NCBI RefSeq assembly: GCF_021028975.2
Contig: NC_059438.1
Coordinates: forward strand, 21,080,001 to 21,144,000
Direction of reading: 5' to 3'
Length of the DNA stretch: 64,000 nt
Source of the DNA: Sphaerodactylus townsendi
Lineage: Eukaryota
The notes below the pieces were generated by a model, which was not told where the DNA came from, searched no databases, and was given only the letters and a program-made list of their open reading frames with translations. The translations under genes were made by a program, and so were the position numbers. Positions 48,501 to 62,200 of the stretch are shown here, piece by piece (position 1 is the first letter of the stretch; the number at the start of each line of letters is the position of its first letter).

Positions 48501-50198
48501 GTGTAAGCAGGATCCAAATCGTAAGGATATTTATAGGTTGAGAAGACCGTGACTCATAGTGCGTGTCAATTGTGCTGCATTCTTTCTGGAAAACTAATTA
48601 AGAGTCCATGTTTGTATTGTAATGAAAACAGCACACAGTATTCAAAGTCTGGTCATTCTGATGTTTTGATGTTATTAGTAAAAAAGCTATTATGGTATAA
48701 TAGATGGTGAGGATGTTGGACTAGAGTTACAGAAATTGGATTCAAATCCCTACTGATCCATGCAGCTCGCAAAGAAGTAGACAAAGGGAGAACCAGCTAC
48801 ATACATCAGCCTGAGCTCCTCAAGAGATGGGTGGGATGCTGTGGCTGGGATCTGAAGATGCCAGCCACAGGTGCAGGTGAAACGTCAGGAGAAAATGCTA
48901 GTGGAACACAGCCATACATCCCGGAAAAACCACACCTTAGTGCAGCGATTCCCAACTAGGGTTCCGTGGTACCCTGGGATGCCTTGAGCATGTGCCAGGG
49001 GTACCGTGGCAATGCTGCCGGCCCCCCTCACTTTTGCGGTGTCTCCCGCTGGCACCAGCAAGGATATTGAGCTGGCCCAGGGCCTGCCGCAAGGTCAGCA
49101 GCCACTTCCCCCCCACCCCCCGTGCTTCCCTTCACCCTGGGAGGGGAAGGTGGGGGGTGGCAAGCAGGGAAACTGGGAGGAGAAGGTGCGGGGAGGATGG
49201 CAGGGGTACCGTGAGATGTGAATAGTGAGGTCAAGGGTACCGTGACATCGAAAAGGTTAGAAAACACTGCCCTAGTGAGTCCGGCCATGAAAGCCTTTGA
49301 CAATGCGATGGGTGGGATACTGATGTTCAGGTCATGTGGGCACGATCTTAATTCTGAATGTTGTTCCTTCTCTAGGGCTTCACCACTTCTTCAGTAAACA
49401 AGAGGGCATGACACTGTCACAGGCAGAGAGAAAAACGCTTTTCTTGTGCCTCACACATAGAGCCTCTATTTCTCCTAGATGAGATTGTTCCACCCCTTGT
49501 TAGCCTCTTGTCACGTTGAGGCTAGCAGATAAGAGGGATAGACTCTGATCTGGTAAACTAGGTTTGTTTTCTGCACTCCTCCACAAGAAGCCTGCTGGGT
49601 GACCTTTGGCTAGTCACAGTTCTCTCAGAACTCTGTCAGCCCCGCCTACCTCACAAGGTGTCTGTTGTGGGGAGAGGAAGGAATTGCGAGCCACTTTAAG
49701 ACTCATTTAGGTAGAGAAAAAAACGGGGTATCAAAACCAAACTTTTTTCTTCTTGAACAGTGGATCACCGAAGGGAGCCCCTCCAAGCTCAAAAAGAGAC
49801 GCAGCCACTTTCTAACTCTAAAGTGAACATTCTTGGTTCTTTTTCACCCCCAGGTTCAGTGAATGAAAGCCAGAGACCACCCAGTTCATATAATGGAGAC
49901 CTAAATGGTTTGCTGGTGCCAGATTCCATAGCAGGTGGAGATGGAGCATCTTTAGTCAAGCCAGTGCCTCAGACAGTTCCCTTGGGAACACTGCAAGAAA
50001 AGCAAGTCATGTAGGTATCTTTGTTGGGGATTGCGGGGATGTGACAGCCCAAGGAATTAGTGAAGAACAAAGTTGTATGTGGCACACCCACATTGAAAGG
50101 CTTAAGCTAACAAACTCCTGTTTGGAGTCTTCTGTGAGCACAGCCCTTTCAGCCATCGCTAGCAAAAGCAGTTCATTGCTTACACATTTGAACTTTTT

Positions 50199-50230
<32 letters not shown>

Positions 50231-53200
50231 CACCTCACCCCAAACCCCCCTTTCAGCTGCCTTTCTGGCGACGACAGTTCCACCTGTATGGTGATCACAG
50301 CTAAAGATATTGAGATTGTTGCCAGCAGCGACTCCAGCATCACCAGCAAAGCCAGAGGGAGCAACAAGGTAAAGGAGGGAAAATTGAAGGGTAAATTGGA
50401 GGTCTGCAGTGGAAGGGGTGGAATTGGGGAAAACCTTTTCTGGATCCAACCCACTATTCCATCTCATGGGATTGTTGAAGCTGTGGGAGGCATTTGGTAG
50501 GCTGCAAATGGCCCTGACCCAGATGGCTGGTCCCGTCTCATCAAATCTTGAAATCTAAGAGGCAGGCAATGACAAACCAGCTCAGTTTTTCTCTTGAAAA
50601 CCCAGTGGGGTGGCCATAAGTCAGCTGCAACTTGATGACTGTTGCTGGGACTTGTTGACAATCTATATTTCAGTTGCTGTTTGTTTCCCCTCTTCCCCAG
50701 GTAAAAATCCAGCCAGTAGCCAGGTATGATTGGGAGCAGAAATATTACTATGGCAACCTGATTGCTGTGTCAAATGCCTACCTGGCATATGCCATTAGAG
50801 GTGAGAGTCCTGTCTTTCCGTAACAAGAATTGTGTGGTTTGGGGCTGACATCTTAAACAGTCATTTTAACTGTCCTGTGTTGAACAACTCTCTCCTCTTG
50901 CTTTGTGTCTCCCGTGTATGGAAGCTGCTCACCTGACCCCATTGGCTGACCTCTTCCTTGTTCCTCTTTGACAGTTGCCAGCAATGGCTCTGCTATGGTG
51001 CGGGTCCTGAGTGTCAGCACAGCCGAGCGGACCCTGCTGAAAGGCTTCACGGGTGGCATAGCAGACCTGGCTTTTGCCCACCTTAACTCCAACCAGCTGG
51101 CCTGCCTGGATGAAGCTGGCAACCTCTTTGTGTGGTGCTTGGCCATGGAGAGCGGGAAAATCCAGTATCTTTGTCTGTTGGACTTTGTGGCGGAGATAGC
51201 TGTGGTGTTAGTGGTCACGTGGATGGTTTTGTGGGTGCATTTTATCAGACTAGATGACTCTGTGATGCATTCAGGATCTGGGCATTGTTGTGTTTTCATA
51301 TGATGTTGCTTGTAAAAAGTCAGTAAGCAATTTTTCAAATCTTTATAACTCAAAGAGAGATCCTCTGGTATTCTGGTCCTCATGTTAGGGGTTTGGCCCG
51401 TTATAGTGCTGCCTTGGTTTTGGCTTCTTCTTAACTGTACTCTTGTTCATCTGAGTTACTTCTCTACAATTTGGGCCTCTCTAGAAATAAAAAAAAATGT
51501 CAACACATAGCACCAGCGTTAGAAATCTGGCTATGCGCCAATAAACAAAAAGTGCATGTGGCAACCAGCCAGACAGCTATATGCTAAAACTTGCATGTGG
51601 TTTTTTAAATGTTTTGGGTGCTAGAAAAAGAAAAGGGGGAAATGTGACCCAGTCTCGGGTACAAAGATGTTCAGAAGCTTGTTATAAGATTGGAGTGAGT
51701 AAGGGTGGAGATCAGGAGTGTCTTTTCCTCCATCTCTGCTGAAAGGCAGATGTTTTGTGAAATGGGAAGGCAGCTTCTAGATTAAGGTTACAGAGTTAGT
51801 GTCTGTGAACCTTTGATGAGGGTTCACCTGGGTCTTGGCTGGACTGGCATAAGAGAAAGCCACTACAAGCTTTTTGCATTTATTTTGGATTACACCAGAG
51901 GTCTACTTCAAAAGTCGCTTTCTCTATTTCAATGAATGTTTTAAAGGCTGTATAAAGCCGGGCAGTCTGTTCCTGTTCCTCAACTTGGCGATCAGAGAGG
52001 AGATCTGGGTGAACATCAAGCGACCTGATGGGACTCCTCTGAACAGCTTCCGGAGGATCATATGGTGTCCTTTCATCCCAGATGAGAATGACGAGGCTTG
52101 TGAGGAAGGCAGCCAGACTCTGGCCCTGTTGCACGAGGACAGGGTGAGAAGATCTGTGAAGGGAAGTCTCTTGTTAGGACCCTAATGAGCCCAATAGTGA
52201 TTGAAAGCATTTGCAGTCATTGCTGGTTGACTAGCGAAAACTACAGGAAAGATAGGAATGCTTTTTTGAAGGCTGAATGAATCATCCTGGCGAGGAATGA
52301 GGCAGCAGGTGTAGGAGGGCAAGTGTGGAGCATCTCCTTGGCATACGGAAGGTCCCAGGTTCAATCCTTGGCATATCCAGTTAAGAATCCGTTTGTAGGA
52401 TAAGTGTAAAACCTCTACCCAAGACTCTGGAGAGCCACTGCCAGTCTGAGTAGACAATCCTGACCTTGGTGGACCAAAGGTCTGATTCAGTGCAAGGCAT
52501 GTATTTCTGTGGAAGCCTTGACTATCTCCCCAAACCCCATTTTTGTTCCTCCCCCCACCCCCAATCTGTGCTTAAAGAAATTTGTCAGAAAGGAAAAAGG
52601 GAAGGGAAAGGAATGTGTAGCATAGTAATGAGCTGGTTCCCTTGTGCCAGCGTGGTGTAGTGGTTAAGAGCAGGTGCACTCTAATCTGGACAACCGGGTT
52701 TGATTCCCTGCTCTGTCACTTGAACTGTGGAGGCTTATCTGTTGAACCAGATTAGCTTGTGCACTCCAACACACGCCAGCTGGGTGACCTTGGGCTAGTC
52801 ATAGTTCTTCAGAGCTCTCTCAGCCCCACCTACCTCACAGGGTGTTTGTTGTGAGGCGGGAAGGACAGGGAGTTTGTAAGCCCCTTTGAGTCTCCTTACA
52901 GGAGAGAAAGGGGGATATAAATCCAAACTCTTCTTCTATATCTGGATGAATGATAACTCTGAGGAATTAGTGTAGAGTATGGAGGACCTTCTGTACAAAG
53001 TAAGCTGCCAATTGGGCTGGTCACTCTTTGCTTTGATGTGCAGTCAGCATCTTAACATCTCTTCCATTTTGCAGGCAGAGGTTTGGGACCTCGATATAAT
53101 CCGAAGCAATCACAGTTCATGGCCAGTGGAAGTGACCGGCATCAAAGAGGGCTTCATTGTTGTGAAAGGACACAGCACGGTACCTGTTCTGCTTCTAACT

Positions 53201-56200
53201 CCTTTCAGGGGCAGGTGGTCCCATTTTACCTTTTCAAAGCTGGGTGCTGAAACAACTTGTTTCCTCTGAAGTTTAATTAATTCCTTAGCACCCACATGCA
53301 CTAACACTCGCTCACACAGAGACTTTAGAGCTCCAAAGAAACATCTGGCTCTGTCAACTCAGCTGAAAACACTGGGATTTTTTTTGGTGGCAAGAGCAGG
53401 TACTATCGGGAGCAGACCTGCAGTCAGAACAAGCAGAGAAAAGAAATGTGTGTTTCCTGTCTCATGTAGCAGCAAAGCTGACCCACGGTACTCTAGGATT
53501 CGTTGTGAGAGAAGTGCCAAAAGCACAGGGCAGTTACCAGCGTGTTCCAACTTTATGTAGAATATGGATCCACCTTTTTATTCCTCTATCAATTAGCTAC
53601 ATCACATCTCACTGCAGCTGAATTGCTGTGGGTTTTTTAAAGGGTTTGTTTGTTTGCTGGGTTGAAGCCTGACTCTACTGGCTTTTCTGGTCTTCCCCTT
53701 TCTAGCGCCTGAGTGAAGGAGCCCTTTCCCCTGATGGAACAGTCTTGGCTACAGCAAGCCACGATGGATATGTCAAATTCTGGCAGATCTACATAGAAGG
53801 GCAAGATGAACCAAGGTACCTTCAAAAGCAGAGAGGAGGATGGGACATACTTAGGAACGAGCGGGCTTGCAGTTTTCCTGGGGTGGTGGGTCATCTCCTC
53901 TGCACTCAGGAAGGGGCAAGCTCGTAGGTGACTGTTTCCCCTGATTTCCCACCTAGGTGCCTTCACGAGTGGAAGCCCCACGATGGCCGGCCCCTCTCCT
54001 GTTTGCTGTTCTGCGACAATCACAAAAAACAAGACCCAGAGTAAGATGTGGTTTTAATTTGTGGAAAATGTCACTCCATTCTTGCAGAAAGGCAAGACAA
54101 AAGGCCTTCAAGGGCAAATAACTGTGGAAGAAAATGCTGGTGAGCCAAGCCTATCTCACTCCTGTAGCACAGGCAGCCTGAACAGAGGTATTTTTGGATG
54201 GCATTGATAGAAAGCTGTTACAGCTCTCATGCATTGTGTGTCCCCTTGGGTCTTGCCTCCAAGTACAGAGCGTGTGTGAGTTTGGAGATGAGTCATAACA
54301 CCAGGATTTTTATAAAACTGCAGGATGTTTTTTTCAAGTTGGGGGTGGGGATCAGACGCACGTGTTTCCGAAGCAGGACCGCTGGCAATCCCGCCCCGTG
54401 TAGGATGTGGAAAGGGGGACAGTGGCTGAACCCTGTGCCGGCCTCGGTCCTCAGTAGGGCTGGTGCACAGCCTGCTTTGTCCTGTTGTCCATTCTTTGGA
54501 ATATGCAGGTAAACAGCCTGTGAATACACACCAGCAGGGGGACTCCTTTATGAGCTGGGCTCAGTGGAAGAAGAGTTTGAATTTATACACACACTCACCT
54601 GCACATGCCCTGGCTTTCTCTCCTGTAAGGAGACTCAAAAGGGGCTTACAATCTCCTTTCCCTTCCCCTCCCCACACAACAGATACCCTGTGAGGTGAAT
54701 GGGGCTGAGAGAGCTCCGTAGAGCTGTGACTAGCGCAAGGTCACCCAGCTGGCCTGTGTTGGGAGTTCACAGGCTAATCTAGTTCCTCAGATATGCCTCC
54801 GCAGCTCAAGTGGCAGAGTGGGGAATCAAACCCGGTTCTCCAGATTAGAATGCACCTGCTGTTAACCACTACGCCACCGCTGCTTTGTATGCAGATATTC
54901 CCCAGTTGAGAAGCCCCAGCTTCTCAAAAGGACCAGGAAGTAGGTTATACGAAAGACCTCAGCCTGAGACCCTGGGAAGTGACTGCTACTCTGAGTAGAC
55001 ATCGTTGACCTTGAGGGACCAATAGTCTGATTCAGTAGAAGGCAGCTTCATGTATGTTATGCTTACCACCAAGAATCCTGCAGTACTTTAGACTGAACAA
55101 ACCAAGCCAACCACATTTTCCTATGCGGCATTTAGGAAATATCAAGGAGACCTAGCCTGCATGGATAAGAGTGAGAGATTTAGTTGCTTGCTATGTTATA
55201 CGGAATTTGTACTGTGTTTTATTACATACTGGTGCTAAAGTCAATATTAAATTAAAATAAAATGGGCTCAAGAAGGGGGGAGGGCGGCAGACTCCCACCC
55301 CCTCTGACCCAGGAGAGCAGCCCATATTGTTTAGGCCAGGGGAGGTGCCTGGGTTTGGGGGAGGTGAGTGGGGATGGGATGGAATGTCGTGAGTCCTGCA
55401 CACCCATTGGCTGGGGGTTTGTCTTTGGACATTCCATCCCGTAGGCAATTACATATAAGGATGTGGACCACCTTGAACCTGGCTTTGGCTGGGAAAGGAC
55501 AGGAAAGCAAGCCCAATATACATATTTTTTGAAAAGAGGACAGAGGGAATAGAATCTAGAGGTCTAGAATCGCAGTATGCAGTATGAAAGTCCGTGTTCT
55601 CAGGAAAGCTAAGCAAAAGAGCCTGTATCTGGCTGTTGATGGTTCCTTCTTGTCTCTTCAGAGTTCCTTTCTGGAGGTTTCTTATCACAGGAGCAGATCA
55701 GAACCGGGAGCTGAAAATGTGGTGCACAGTATCCTGGACCTGTCTGCAGACTGTCCGGTGAGTTCTGATATGAGCCCTTTCTAGCAATGAGCAATATTTT
55801 ACATCTTAATAAATGGTTTTTAAAACACACGTACACATTATGGTTTGGTAACATAAGCACTTATTTTAATAGTGTTAATTAAAATAAATTTGAACTTGTC
55901 GGCCTGCCTATAGGTAACTGTCCTTCCCAATTTCTCACTATGCCAATTGCAGATTTTCCCCAGATATTTTCAGCTCCATGAGTGTCCTTCCTAGCCTCAA
56001 GGCCTGTCTGGACCTCTCAGCCGAGTACCTGATCTTGAGCGACGTGCAGCGAAAGGTAGGCGTTCACGGCTGTGTGGCAGAAGCGGCCAGGAGCTAAGAT
56101 AACCTACTGTATAGCTATTGCATCAGGCTAATCTGAAATGTGCAGAGCCACTCAGCTAAGGCAAAGGAAGTGTTAGTTCAGTTCTATGTGGACTATAACA

Positions 56201-59200
56201 GCTGCTCTGGGTGCAACTGCTGAACGATCCCACTTAAAAAAAAAAGGTGTTTGACCCCCATTCTCATTTTAGTGCCCCCAGCCATGCTACCTAATAAACT
56301 GAGGGGAGGGGGGTCTGTCCTGCTTGCTTTTCTGTTTTGCCCAACTCTTCTCCTATCACAAGATACAGCTCTGTGCACACTCTTGCTATGGAGGTACTCT
56401 GCTGTGGCTGACGCTGCTACATGGGTATCTTTCTGCCTCCCTCCAGCAGTGGCGTAGTGGTTAAGAGCAGGTCTACTCTAATCTGGAGGAACCGGGTTTG
56501 ATTCCCTGCTCTGCCGCTTGAGCTGTGGAGGCCTATCTGGGGAATTCAGATTAGCCTGTGCACTCCCACACATGCCAGCTGGGTGACCTTGGGCTAGTCA
56601 CAGTTCTTCTGAGCTCTCTCAGCCCCACCTACCTCACAGGGTGTTTGTTGTGAGGGGGGAAGGGAAAGGAGTTTGTAAGTCCCTTTGAGTCTTCTTGCAG
56701 GAGAGAAAGGGGGGATATAAGTCCAACTCTTCTTCTTCCTCCTTCCAGGTGTTGTACGTAATGGAGCTGGTGCAGAACCAAGAGGAGGGGAAAGCCTATT
56801 TCAGCTCCATTTCAGAATTCCTGTTGACTCACCCAGTCCTGAGCTTTGGCATCCAGGTGGTCAGTCGCTGCCGCCTGAGACACACGGAGGTCCTTCCCGC
56901 TGAAGAGGAGAGCGATAACCTGGCAGCAGGTGAGCGGATGGACAGTGTCCTTGAGAAGAAGCAGAGCTGGCAGGGACTGATGGGAATCGTAGTCCATGAA
57001 CATCTGGAGGGCCAGAGTTGGACACCCTTGTGCTAAATGAAGAAACAAGTTCATCTTTCTCAGTTTTCTTTTAATTTATCTTTATTTAAGAAATGCATTA
57101 GCTGTATCTGACCTTTAAAAAAAATCTGTAGCGTTTTACCGTAAAATAAAATGCAAGGTATATTTAAAAAGCATTAAAACCAAGGAAACCAAAACTTTTC
57201 TTTTTCTTTGCTATTCTTCCTCCCTCCCCCAGAAGGCAGTCAGGGGACCGGAACCGTAGAATCCGCCGCCGGGGTGCTGATTAAGCTCTTCTGTGTCCAC
57301 ACCAAGTGAGTATTTTCTTTCTTGGGCCAGCAAGGGTCATATGCACACTTTTCCTTGTATTTCGTCTCAGGTAGTCAGGAAGAAGAAACAATGTGATAGA
57401 TAATTACATCCCCTGCTCCCTTGAGTGCATGGGTTTCCTCAAAGCAGGCAGAGGTTTTGCTTTCTCCTTCTCAGCCTGCAGTCCTGAACTGGGGACCAAG
57501 GATTATCCCAGGGAGCATCGCTATTCATTTATTGAACCTAACAAACCATAACTCTGCATTCGGAATTAAATTACAGCTGTACAGATACGTGCACATTTTG
57601 TTTCGGATCAATTAGGGTTTTACAGACCAGAAATTATTTTTCATGCTGCAGCACAATCACTTCCGCAGAATGTATTGTCTGCTATAGTGGGGGGTTGTTA
57701 TTTTTTGCATGCCCCCCACTACTTTCCTGCATGTGCCTTCCTTAACTCACAAGCTCAGTCTGAATCCTGCTTTGACTTAAGAGCCCAGTAGTCGGGCATG
57801 TTTTCTGGTTCCTTTGCTGGTGGGGTTACCTGAGGTCGGCAGTGGGTTGGATGCAGCCACACCCTTCTGTTCAGTGAGGAGTTTGCCCCTGGAGCAAGTC
57901 TCCCAATTAGCGGAAGAAAGTTGTACACCCAGTGACTGTCCCTTCCGGTGACTCACTTTTTCTTAATTTTTTTTAAAAATTAATTTATATACTGCCTTCC
58001 CCCAAAAGGCTCAGGGTGGTGCACAACAATATAATAAGAACGCCAATAATCATAACATCATACAACAAACATCAATAACATAAAATCAATAACATAACAT
58101 CATAAACATCATAAGCATAACATCATAAACATAGCATCATAAACATAACATTATAAACAGCAATCAGGTGACTACTGCAAAAACGTATTGTCGAAGGCTT
58201 TCACGGCCGGAATCACTTGGGTGCTGTGTGGTTTCCGGGCTGTATGGCCGTGTTCTAGCAACATTCTCTCCTGACGTTTCGCCTGCATCTGTGACTGGCA
58301 TCTGAAGATGATCCTCTGAAGATGCCAGCCACAGATGCAGGCGCAACGTCAGGAGAGAATGTTGCTAGAACACGGCCATACAGCCCGGAAACCACACAGC
58401 ACCCTACTGCAAAAACCTCTCCTTTTAGATTACATGTGCAGGTTATCATATTTACTACATTGCTGTATTGTTTCCTGATATGTTGCTACTGATGTTTGTT
58501 GTTTATAATGTTACTTTTATTGTTGCTCATAATGCTATGTTTTATAATGCTATATTATTGTTGGTTGTGGAGGGTTTTCCGGGCTGTGCATTATGAGCAA
58601 CAGTGAACATAGCATTATAAACAACAAACATCAGTAGCAACATATAAGAATAAAACAATACAGAAATGTAGTAAACGTAATAACCCGTATGTGTAATCTA
58701 AAAGGAAAGGTTTTTGCAGTAGCCGCCTTTGCAGGAAAGCACTGGAGGCCTTCCTGAGTTCCCCAATGGGAAGAATGTTTAACTTGGAGCACATTCAAAG
58801 AGCAGACTGTCTCATATAGGGAAAAAGAGTGGATTTGAAATCCAGTACCTTCTTGTGCTTGTAACACAGTCTCGGCATTGCACTTGCTAGGGTGGGCCAG
58901 GCTGTGGCTCTTGTAGGCAAGGTTTGCAAACCCAAAGCTCTGTGTCTGGATGTTGCAGGGCCCTTCAGGATGTGCAGATCAGATTTCAGCCTCTCCACAG
59001 CCCAGACACGGCGGCTCCAATCCCTCCCCACGGTTCCCATGAAGATTTTGGTAAGTGTCCTTTTCATCCAAGGGCTCTCTGTGGAGGTCAATGGGGGTCA
59101 ATACTTGTAATTATTCAGATTATTATTCCCCCGCTGATGAGATATCCAGCCCTGGCTCCAGCCTGGTGGAACAAGCTACCAAGTGACGTCAGAGCCCTGT

Positions 59201-62200
59201 GGGAGCTGTCATAATTCTGCAGGGCCTGCAAGACGTGGCTGTTCCACCAGGCCTTTCCCATTTAGCCAGGCAGATTGAATGAAGTTAAGGTCACTTCCTT
59301 TTGGCCTTGGGGGAGGAGATGGTGGAGAGGATTATCTATTATCTATTGCCATCTGTTTTTATCATCTGTTTGGCACTGAAGTGCCACTGTTTTAATATTT
59401 GTGTTGTTATTTATATTTTAAAGGGTTTTGCTATTGTATGATGATTTTATGTTGTAGCCCGCCCTGAGCCTTGTGGGGATAGGGCGGGAAATGGATGGAT
59501 GAATGAATGAATGAATGCATTTTAAAAGACTAATGTACAAATGAAACATGAAGCTTATCAGTTGGGACTTATGAATAGGTCTTTGGAAAGAAAACATAGA
59601 ACTTTGTATATATGACAACATTGGCCAGAATACTAGATGCGCAGAAATAGAAAACTTCAGCTATACCTACAATTGAACACTCGTGGCTGATGGTATTGGA
59701 GCTGACCATGATGGCCAAGTTAGCTTGGTTACTTAAAGAAAAGAACTGAATTAATGGACAATTGGAAACCCTTGATTGGACATTTAGACACAAAAAAAAA
59801 TTGATGACAAGTGGTTTTTAAGGACTGTTCAGATAAGAACCAATAGAGAAAAGTGAGACTTTTTAATAGTAACAGTGCGAAAAAAATTAATTTCATCTAG
59901 TTGCTAAACAACCAAGTGCTAAAACATTTGTTTTAAGGGTAAATGGTGTAGAAAAACCAGGGTGTCTTTATAAAATAAGTACCTGGTGAATTTTTATTTT
60001 CAGTTCAGTAGCCTTTTCCCCCCTGGAGCAAACTACTGATAATCTGCATTGTGGTTTCTGAAGCATTTCCAGATCACTTGGCCGACTTGGGCACGGAAGG
60101 GCTGGGATCCGAGAAGGGGTCCACGCACGGCTCGCAGCCTGACGTACGCCGCATTTCGGAACTGTCGGTACCAGTGGACTTCCTCTCCCCGTCGAGCGAT
60201 ATGAAGCCCAAGCTGATGACTCCTGATGCATTCATGACTCCCAGTACATCTTTGCAACAGGTAGCAGGGCAAAATCTACTGGGAAAGTTGGTAACGTTTT
60301 AGGTTCTACTTAAATAGCAATTCTCTTGTTCTCATTGTTTCTTGAGGAGTGGGACCAGTTGGATCTCTGTCCTACTGAATGGGGAGCTCTTCCTTGCTAC
60401 ATCATTGGAATGGGCAGAACTCCTTCTAAGATGCCTGTGGTTCCCATTGCCAAAAAACTGCAGAGTTGTTGTCATGTCCTATACAGACCCTACCATTTTA
60501 GAAAGACGAAGAGTGAATGACACCATTGCTCTTGCTGTCCTAATAGATTCCAGATGGAAACTCAGGGTAGAGAAGCTTGCTTGAAGCAGGTGAAGGGTTT
60601 TGCATGCTGTAGTTTTTATCACGCTTTCTGCTGCTCTGCAGAAAAGTGAATTGTCACAGCTTTGAAGGCATTTAATATAATAAATAAGGATTGTCCAGAT
60701 ACAGCTGACTTATGTTGACCCCTCATGGAAGTTGAACAGAGGTGGTTTGCCATTGCCTTCCTCTGCATAGCAGCCTTGGTCTTTTATATTAGAAGCTCAG
60801 TGTGTACTATTACAACGTTGAGAGGGTGGTTTAGGAGGTATTTGCAGACAAATTGAATGCATTTGTGCCTAATGCAGAAGGTGTTGCCAAAGCATCGGGG
60901 GGTGGGGGGAGGAAGTGGCCACCTTTTCCTTTGAAAGTAAAGATGTCAGTGGTTATTTAGATCTGTTTCTGGGCTGATTAGAACTCCCAGCTCCTCTGTA
61001 AGGCGGGGAGCAGAAGCCGAAAGAAAGAAACTTGTTAGTCATATTTTCAGAAAGTTGGAGAAAACTGTTAGATGATGCTCTTGTTATTCATTTATGTAGT
61101 ACAAATGGAAAGTTCAGCAGCAGCCTTCTCATTAGCAAGCAGTACTCTGCGTATGTTATGGTAGCGCGGCCCATTTGCTGAGTTCTGTACCAACACATTG
61201 AACTGTCTGTGCCAGATCACAGTGTCGCCTGGAAGCAGCATCAGTTCCCTCACGGCCGTCACCTCCATGAGCACTTCAGTCAATGAACCGTCCATTTCCA
61301 GGTAAGTCCTGGACAAGGATGTCTCCTCCAACTGCCAACTGCTTGCCAGTCCTAAAGGTTACATTTTTAGTTATGCATCTTGCAGCCTCATCTGGGTGGG
61401 GTGAGGGTGGGGCCGAATCTATGGCCTGCCCCCCGGCGCTGGGATATGGCATCTGCCGCTGTGCTGAAGTCCCAGTGCCCTTCCTGCCACCAACATGGTT
61501 GGGGTGTGGCCAGGGGAGGAGCCGACAAACATTCTGGCCCTGTTCCAGAGAAGATGCAGAAGCGTCATTTATTTCTCCAGGATGGTTCTCCAAAAAGTTC
61601 TCCATGGGAACCTCTAGCTTCCTGGATGAGCAAGGCTGAAAAGTCAATATGAAGGCAAGAAGCAGATTAGGAGACATTGGAAGGGGATCCTTGCGGGGGT
61701 GATGTGGTTGAATCACAGATGTAACTTGGATTTAGAAAAGTGCAGAGATTGATTACTTCTTTGACAGCTCTGGATTACTAAAGGATCATCCTTCTGCAGA
61801 GGGTCACCATCCTGTTCTCAGTTCTTTGGCAGCTGGTCTTTTCACCCATGCAGTTTCTCTGAAGGAAAGTGCTTTCCTGAGGATGCCTCTTGCAGGACAG
61901 TTAAGCAAGCAGAAGATGCTTCCTTCACCATGTTACACTAGGGTTCCCTGTCCTTGGGTTACTTTACTTGGAGGTTAGGCAAGCCTAACGTCTTGGCCTC
62001 TCTGCATGACTCTGTTCTTGACCTCTGCAGGGCAGTCGAAGAAGTATCCTTGAGCCCAAAGTTGCAGCTTGACACCAGCCTCACGCTGAGCAGCAGCACC
62101 GGAAGCCTGCAGACGAGTCCAAGGAACCATTCGGTCCTCCTCCCCGGTCTGTCTGACAAACTGACCCCAAAGGCCCCAGTCCCGGTAAAGCTTGGCTCTC

